From Microcystis aeruginosa NIES-843 (lineage in GTDB: Bacteria; Cyanobacteriota; Cyanobacteriia; Cyanobacteriales; Microcystaceae), in the NCBI RefSeq assembly GCF_000010625.1, contig NC_010296.1:4140001-4172000 (forward strand): DNA of 32,000 nt. The letters are read 5' to 3'. A model generated the notes under the pieces. It made no database searches. It saw only the letters and a program-made list of their open reading frames with translations, and was not told where the DNA came from. Below are positions 26,563 through 32,000 of this stretch, piece by piece. How positions within the stretch are numbered: the first letter of the stretch is position 1; every line of letters begins with the position of its first letter. The translations under genes and the position numbers were made by a program.

Positions 26563-27504
26563 ATGATTGACAAAATTTTAACTAAAGTTCGATCGCTTGC
26601 CAAGCCGCTATTAGTTCTAGGATTAGTGACAACGCTGATTTTAGGCAATGTTTCCAGTGCTTTAGCGGCATCGGGGGGTAGAATGGGGGGCGGTAGTTTT
26701 CGCGCCCCTAGTCGCAGTATTAGCCCTTCTAGAGGTGGTGGTTACAGTTCCCCCGGTTACGGTGGAGGTATTGGTTTTCCCTTCCTCTTACCCTTCTTTT
26801 GGGGTGGTGGTGGCGGTGGCTTAATTTCTCTGTTAATCTTTTTTGCTATTGCCAATTTCCTCGTTAATGCTTTCCGTAATGGTGGAGGCAGTGATGAGAA
26901 TGGTATGACGATAGAATCCGGTTATGAAACCGTCTCCGTGGCTAAAGTACAGGTGGGTTTGTTGGCTAATGCCCGTTATCTGCAACAAGAATTAAATCAA
27001 ATCGCCCTAACTGTGGATACTAGCACCTCCGAGGGACGCGTCGAAGTCTTACAAGAATCGGCCCTCGCCCTGTTACGTCATCCGGAATACTGGGTTTATG
27101 GTAACGTCGATTGCCAACAAACCAGCCTCAGCAGTGCAGAAGCGAAGTTTAATCAGTGGTCTCTCAACGAACGCGGTAAACTAACGGCGGAAACCTTAAC
27201 TAATTACAATAATCAACTGCGTCAAGGTTCTCAAGAAAATATTTTACCCGAATCGGCTGGGGAATTAGCTAAAACCGCACCGGAAGGCTATATTTTGGTG
27301 ACTATTTTAGCCGGCATTGTCGGTAAATTTTCTCTAGCCAAAATTAATGATTCCCAAGACTTGAAACAAGCCCTGCAACAAATTGGTAGTATGGGAGGCG
27401 ATCGACTTTTAGCGGTAGAAGTGATTTGGACTCCTCAAAGCGAGGGTGATATTCTCAGTCAAGACGACATTCTCGCCAATTATCCCGATCTGAAATTGGT
27501 GTAA
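26563..27504 (+). CDS. DUF1517 family membrane protein (Gly-rich N-terminal region)
   Basis: Signal/anchor segment, then GGRMGGGSFRAPS...GGGYSSPGYGGG, a TM segment, and a conserved C-terminal domain ending WTPQ...DDIL..YPDL. This is typical of cyanobacterial and plastid DUF1517 proteins. Confidence 0.7.
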   Translation: MIDKILTKVRSLAKPLLVLGLVTTLILGNVSSALAASGGRMGGGSFRAPSRSISPSRGGGYSSPGYGGGIGFPFLLPFFWGGGGGGLISLLIFFAIANFLVNAFRNGGGSDENGMTIESGYETVSVAKVQVGLLANARYLQQELNQIALTVDTSTSEGRVEVLQESALALLRHPEYWVYGNVDCQQTSLSSAEAKFNQWSLNERGKLTAETLTNYNNQLRQGSQENILPESAGELAKTAPEGYILVTILAGIVGKFSLAKINDSQDLKQALQQIGSMGGDRLLAVEVIWTPQSEGDILSQDDILANYPDLKLV

Positions 27505-27534
27505 TTTGTCGGGGTATAATACCAGATATTGGCC

Positions 27535-27563
27535 AAAATCTCCCTTTTGCAGGGAGATTTTTT
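27535..27563. terminator. Bidirectional rho-independent terminator between convergent genes
   Basis: AAAATCTCCCT-TTTGC-AGGGAGATTTTT. An 8-bp GC-containing stem is flanked by an A-run and a T-run. Confidence 0.7.
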
Positions 27564-27632
27564 GATTATTAAGGAATTGCTGCCGTGATGGGATTTTTAG
27601 GTGTGTCACGATGCCCTAACACACCCTAACCA

Positions 27633-28583
27633 TTAACAATATAATTCCTGAATCCACTGCCATTCTTGGGCTAATCCTTCGGCTAAAGAGACTTGGGGAT
27701 TATAACCTAGAATAGTACGGGCTTTGGTGACATCGGCGGCGGTGTGACGGGCATCTCCCCGGGCGAGTCCTTGATGCGATCGCTCGATAGGTTTACCGAT
27801 GACTTTTGCCATGGTATCCAAGACATCCAACAATACCACGCGACTACCACCACCAATATTAAACACCTCCCCCACCGCTTCCGGCACTAGGGCAGCGGCT
27901 AAATTAGCGGCTACAGCATCGCTAATAAAGGTAAAATCACGGGTTTGTTTGCCATCTCCGTAGATGCCGATCGGTTTACCTGCGATCGCTGCTTGAAAAA
28001 ACTTATGGAAAGCCATATCGGGACGTTGCCGCGGTCCATAAACGGTGAAATAACGCAAGGCAGTGACGGGAACGTTAAAATTCTGGTGATATAGCCAACA
28101 GAGTCTTTCTGCCGCTAATTTGGTGATGCCGTAGGGTGAAACTGGTTGGGGACAAAGGGTTTCGGGAGTCGGCATCGTTTCCGCATTGCCATACACCGAG
28201 GAAGTGGAAGCAAAAACCATCCGTTGTAAAGAAGGGGTTTCCTTAGCGGCCTCAAGAATAATTTGAGTGGCATTTATATTCCTTTCGGTATATTGACGAA
28301 ATCCATCACCCCAGCTTGCTCTGACTCCTGCTTGGGCTGCCTGATGGAATAATACTTCTACTCCTTGCAACAGTTGTCGCCAGTCAAGGGCTTGTATATC
28401 CGCTTCAATTAACTGAAATTCGGGATATTTTGCTAGAATATGGGCATTTTTGCGCTTTAAACTGGGGTCGTAATAATCGTTAAATTGATCGATACCGATC
28501 ACCTGATCTCCTTGTTCTAAAAGCTTTTGTGCCAAGTTAGAACCGATAAAACCTGCGACACCAGTAACAATATGAGTAGCCAT
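27633..28583 (-). CDS. NAD-dependent nucleotide-sugar epimerase/dehydratase (extended SDR)
   Basis: GVAGFIGSNL Rossmann motif, STSSVYG, and the YGITK catalytic Y-x3-K. Confidence 0.85.
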   Translation of the reverse strand: MATHIVTGVAGFIGSNLAQKLLEQGDQVIGIDQFNDYYDPSLKRKNAHILAKYPEFQLIEADIQALDWRQLLQGVEVLFHQAAQAGVRASWGDGFRQYTERNINATQIILEAAKETPSLQRMVFASTSSVYGNAETMPTPETLCPQPVSPYGITKLAAERLCWLYHQNFNVPVTALRYFTVYGPRQRPDMAFHKFFQAAIAGKPIGIYGDGKQTRDFTFISDAVAANLAAALVPEAVGEVFNIGGGSRVVLLDVLDTMAKVIGKPIERSHQGLARGDARHTAADVTKARTILGYNPQVSLAEGLAQEWQWIQELYC

Positions 28584-28957
28584 TTAATCCTAGTCGTTGA
28601 TATTTTGTATCGATTGTAAGCTAAGACGCATTTAAACCGCTTATTCTTAGATTAGCAGAATCTCCCCCAACCCCCAGGGTAATCGCATATTGATAGAGTT
28701 CTCAAATTCCGAGGAGTTAGGTCTAAAATTCGATGGCCAACTCAGGCTTTGACCTGCACAAGGCTCCCGAATCTCTGGTTTTGCCAGTCATTATGACCTA
28801 ACAAACCCCGAACTGACCTTATCTACTCAGTTCCTTAAAGTCCCAAAACTCCTCATCAACTACAGGATTAACATCTACCTCCTCTCGCTGTCAACGGCAC
28901 TGGCGGCTAAGATTTTCACCATCAAATCATTGTTCATGCTTGCCGGATACCGTTTCA

Positions 28958-29371
28958 TCAGAATTTTTGGCCGTTTTCCCATCTATAGGGATTAGTTCTA
29001 GGTTCAATTTCTCGGTGATTTCCCCTATCCAAGAGCCGGAATCCTGACTGTAATTGCTTGGGTTCTAGTATCCTTAGCACTCTGCCAAAGGTATCGTGGG
29101 AAGGTATCCCCTTCGGTAGGTCTAAAAATGTTTCCAACCAAGATTGCTTGGCTTGACCGTAGACTTCTATGGCGGCAAACCCATCGGCACCAGTTAAGAC
29201 CGCCAAGATAGCTATGGTAATTATCGATACTAGGCTAGGATTGCGCCCCCTGTCCGCTCTGGGGTCTTCTAGATGCTGAAAATGTTTCAAGACAATGTTT
29301 CTTAAGAGCTTTGCCTCTCGCTCTTGCTTGGGGTTTAAAACTAGGAGACCAAAACCGGATGCCCTGCTCAA
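28958..29371 (-). pseudogene. ISAs1-family transposase, N-terminal remnant
   Basis: HFQHLEDPRADRGRNPSLVSIITIAILAVLTGADGFAAIEVYG...IPSHDTFGRVL is the typical ISAs1 (H-repeat-associated) N-terminal domain. The DDE domain is missing, and homology decays right after an I-DGKT-like motif. Confidence 0.7.
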
Positions 29372-29446
29372 CTGCTACACCATGTAACTTTTTGCTTCCT
29401 CTCAGATTAACTCCTGTCAGTTCGCCCTGATAGGCGCGACATTCAG

Positions 29447-29674
29447 TCACCTCTGTCTGTTATATTTTATACAAAACGACGTGCGATTACCCTGTCCAGC
29501 TTGTTTCAAAACTGCATTAGCAGTATGGCGTGATTTAATAGTATTATCAACTACAAATCTTCTTTCTGTCAGAGTACTATACCAAATTTCATGATCTCCT
29601 TTCCCTTGACGTTCAAAATAACATCCGGCTGCTGAAAGTAGTTTTTTTAATGCAGTTGTTAAAGAAGTAGCCAT
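29447..29674 (-). CDS. hicA: HicA-family toxin (mRNA interferase-like)
   Basis: LKKLLSAAGCYFERQGKGDHEIWY...SRHTANAVLKQAG fits the HicA/YcfA dsRBD-like fold motifs. The C-terminal ~15 aa look non-native. Confidence 0.65.
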   Translation of the reverse strand: MATSLTTALKKLLSAAGCYFERQGKGDHEIWYSTLTERRFVVDNTIKSRHTANAVLKQAGQGNRTSFCIKYNRQR

Positions 29675-29920
29675 CTAAACAGCGCACTCAATTGATTCTT
29701 GACGATGACTAATTAGTTCAAAAGTTATCGCTTTTTGAGGTTCAATGGTAATTAGATGATTGAGTTGTAATAATTCTGGAATTATCTGTCGTAATTTAGC
29801 TGTTAAAGCTTCGATGGTATCAGCTTCGGTGACTAATCCCGGAATATCTTCACTCTCTGCTACCCACACTTGCGCCTCTCGATCCCAAAATGCTTCTACT
29901 TGGTACGGTTTTTGATTCAT
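29675..29920 (-). CDS. hicB: HicB-like antitoxin (DUF1902-type)
   Basis: YQVEAFWDREAQVWVAESEDIPGLVTEADTIEALTAKLRQIIPELL is typical of DUF1902/HicB N-terminal domains. Its stop codon abuts the hicA start codon. Confidence 0.65.
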   Translation of the reverse strand: MNQKPYQVEAFWDREAQVWVAESEDIPGLVTEADTIEALTAKLRQIIPELLQLNHLITIEPQKAITFELISHRQESIECAV

Positions 29921-30045
29921 GATTATTTAGTTCAATTGAGTAGAATTAGCTGATATATCAATTAAGATTATACAGTGCGATCCTGTGATACAATAAAATA
30001 TGCAGTATTAAAAAATCAAATCAAAGAGTAAGGGTATTATTTGCC

Positions 30046-30229
30046 ATGAGTCAATATGTTCTACTTCGGATTCAAGTCATTCAGGAAGAATTAGAAGCCT
30101 TAAAAAAAAACGGTCATTCATCAACTTGAAGGTTCTCGCAATAAGACTCAAATTAAAGGTTTATGGAAAGATGTTGTGATCAGTGATGACGATTTAGAAG
30201 AGGCTAAAAAAGCAGTTTTTCGAGATTAG
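30046..30229 (+). pseudogene. Small antitoxin-like gene, frameshifted in an A9 tract
   Basis: With 9 A residues (30102-30110) the ORF stops after 27 codons. With 8 A residues it reads MSQYVLLRIQVIQEELEALKKTVIHQLEGSRNKTQIKGLWKDVVISDDDLEEAKKAVFRD (60 aa). Confidence 0.55.
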
Positions 30230-30279
30230 GTTACACTTCATTTTTATGATAACCGCTATAGTTATCATTAATGATCTTT

Positions 30280-30512
30280 TTAAGAGTTTAAATCCTTAAA
30301 GGGATTGATAACCTGTAAGCTATTATTGATAATTAAACCATCTTGCATATCTTCTGAGTAGAGAATAGTTGCATCGCCTAAAACTGCACTAGCAACAATC
30401 AGGCTATCCCAAAATGAAATTAAGTAGCGATCTCGTAATTTCACGGCATACTCAAGGGTTTCGAGGGAGACAGGTAAGATTTCACACCCTTGTGTCAATT
30501 CTTCAAGTAGAT
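30280..30512 (-). pseudogene. PIN-domain (VapC-like) toxin, C-terminal fragment truncated by IS1
   Basis: LISFWDSLIVASAVLGDATILYSEDMQDG matches the C-terminal half of PIN domains, including the conserved acidic residues. There is no ATG, and the reading frame runs into the IS1 left IR at 30513. Confidence 0.55.
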
Positions 30513-31458
30513 GGTAATGATTCGGTAGTAGTGGCGTAGCTCTCTTGCTTACCTGGTATGAATTGTGTAAAATATTTATTAATAAAAATAATTGGCTCGA
30601 ATCAGTCTTTAAACCTCTAGCTTGATCATGACTTTTCTGATAAATATCTTTTTCTGGCTCCTGTCTGGCTTACTGAAATATCAGTCTAGCACCGAACAAA
30701 GTACCCCCTTCACCTCCGTTCCCCTGTCCTAATTGTGGTTCTCACCATACGATCAAGAATGGTTCTATTCATAATGGAAAACCCAAACGTCAAGGTAAAG
30801 AATGTGGTCGTCAGTTGGTGATCAATCCCACTAATAAAACCGTCTCTGACGAAACCAAACAATTAATTGATAAACTCTTGCTCGAACGAATTTCCTGACG
30901 AGGAATTGCTAGAGTAACAGGGGTAAGTTGGTCATGGTTACAAAATTATGTCAACAATAAACTGGCGGCTGTCCCCCGTCAAATAAAGGTTTCGGACAAA
31001 CCAAAAGGTAAATTGGTTAGAGAATGTGATGAAATGTGGTCTTTTGTTTTTTCTAAGACGATAAAGGTCTATATTTGGCGGTTAATTGATAGAAATACAA
31101 GGGAAATTATTGGTTGCTATGCGCGGAGATAGGAGTCGTCAATCAGCCAAAAAACTTTGGGCTAGTTTACCAGGTGTTTACCGACAATGTGCAGTTGCTT
31201 ACACAGACTTTTGGGAGTCATATAAGACAGTAATTCCCAGTAAACGTCATCGACCAGTCGGGAAAGAAACTGGTCAAACTAATCCTATTGAAAGATTAAA
31301 TAATACCTTTCGACAAAGGATTTCTCGGTTGGTGAGAGAGAGTCTATCTTTCTCTAAAAAAATGGAGAATCACGTTGGGGCTGTTTGGTATTTTATCCAT
31401 GACTACAATGCACACCTGGCAAAGGATTAAGCCGCCATCACTACTACAGAATCACCAC
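30513..31458 (+). mobile_element. IS1-family insertion sequence with decayed transposase
   Basis: Terminal IRs GGTAATGATTCGGTAGTAGTGGCGTAGC (left) and GGTGGTGATTCTGTAGTAGTGATGGCGGC (right, reverse complement). I could not find a target-site duplication. Confidence 0.75.
30677..31430 (+). pseudogene. IS1-family transposase (InsAB-like), degenerate
   Basis: Zn-finger CPNCGSHH...CGRQ, HTH RGIARVTGVSWSWLQNYV, and DDE part GDRSRQSAKKLW...NPIERLNNTFRQRISRL. Lesions: no ATG, an in-frame TGA (ERIS-stop-RGIARV), and a 1-nt frameshift near 31125-31135. Confidence 0.75.
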
Positions 31459-31772
31459 CCTAAATCTGTATTAGCTGGCAAACTGATATAGGCAGTTAAA
31501 GTCTTAGTTGCTTTACGTTTTAGAACATCTAAAATTTCTAAAATAAAAGCCGTTTTCCCAATACCAATCAAACCGTAAACTAACAATCTTTTACGCTCTT
31601 TTCCTTTTAATAAGCTGAAAACTGGTTTTAATTCTTGACTTCTCCCAGTAAAAACTTTTCTTAACTGCGATTCCCTCAATGTTGAAGCACTTTCAGAAAA
31701 AGGAATTTCCGTTATTCCCCATTGACAATAGATATTATCTAATTCATCCCAAATGCGATCCGCTTCATTCAT
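31452..31772 (-). pseudogene. P-loop NTPase (STAND/AAA-like) N-terminal fragment, truncated at the IS1 right end
   Basis: FTGRSQELKPVFSLLKGKERKRLLVYGLIGIGKTAF is a Walker A context typical of STAND/AAA_16-type ATPases. The ORF ends a few codons into the IS1 IR. Its ATG overlaps the stop of the upstream TPR gene. Confidence 0.55.
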
Positions 31773-32000
31773 ACAGCTTGTTTCTCCTTAATTTTGGCAA
31801 GGCAATTCAGAACTTCTGCTATTTTAGCAATTTCTTGTTCATTATTCAGTTCTTTAAAAATAAAAGTAGCCTTCTTTAATAATTCTTCAGCTTTTTCGAC
31901 AAAACCAATTTGCAACATGAGTCTGCCTAAACTTGCTTGACAAAAGGCAACACCTCTATCATGTTTTAGATATTCATAAAAGCGCAAAGCATCCCGATAA
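31769..32000 (-). CDS. TPR-repeat protein, C-terminal part (continues beyond the window)
   Basis: The frame is open to the window edge (...YRDALRFYEYLKHDRGVAFCQASLGRLMLQIGFVEKAEELLKKA). The TPR-like A/L/G spacing is present. Confidence 0.5.
   Translation of the reverse strand, partial: YRDALRFYEYLKHDRGVAFCQASLGRLMLQIGFVEKAEELLKKATFIFKELNNEQEIAKIAEVLNCLAKIKEKQAV

Noticed and set aside
29235-29450. 71-aa ORF overlapping the ISAs1 remnant
   Set aside because: It is an alternative frame of the ISAs1 N-terminal region and the upstream IS end, with no independent support.

Overview
This looks like a cyanobacterial chromosome segment. By eye it is about 40% GC. It has many exact HIP1 octamers (GCGATCGC) in the housekeeping genes and a very high IS/MITE load, which suggests a Microcystis-like genome; that attribution is inference.

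Housekeeping blocks:
- 450-4043: class-V aminotransferase, LysM/M23 peptidase, homoserine dehydrogenase.
- 19.7-22.4 kb: ureA, ureB, mtnP, group-2 sigma factor.
- 24.8-28.6 kb: 2Fe-2S protein, coaBC, DUF1517 protein, NAD-dependent epimerase.

These surround a large accessory tract (about 4.1-19.6 kb) and a second accessory tract (28.6-32 kb).

The main result is a same-strand cluster at 9244-18125:
- a small trypco2-like protein;
- a trypsin-fold protease fused to a roughly 430-aa uncharacterised module;
- a MoxR-type AAA+ ATPase;
- an 871-aa protein with a SAV_2336-like N-terminus, a vWA-like core and a C-terminal FGE-sulfatase domain.

This matches the computationally predicted vWA-MoxR-VMAP NTP-dependent conflict systems. 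To my knowledge none of these has been characterised experimentally. In this window the cluster carries three insertions:
- a MITE (8-bp TSD) and an IS4 element (9-bp TSD) lie between the first two genes;
- an IS630 element (TA TSD) splits the MoxR gene. Removing it in silico restores a 339-codon ORF whose stop overlaps the start of the next gene.

Other notable structure:
- two inverted ~360-bp IS200/IS605-type non-autonomous elements bracket the ureAB-mtnP-sigma block, and they differ in one internal hairpin;
- a frameshifted tnpB element;
- a relic zone of nested IS fragments;
- a high-GC islet carrying a 2OG-Fe(II) oxygenase-like gene, and an AT-rich islet carrying a membrane glycosyltransferase-like gene;
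- heptamer repeat arrays;
- a decayed toxin-antitoxin/IS1/ISAs1 region at the right end.
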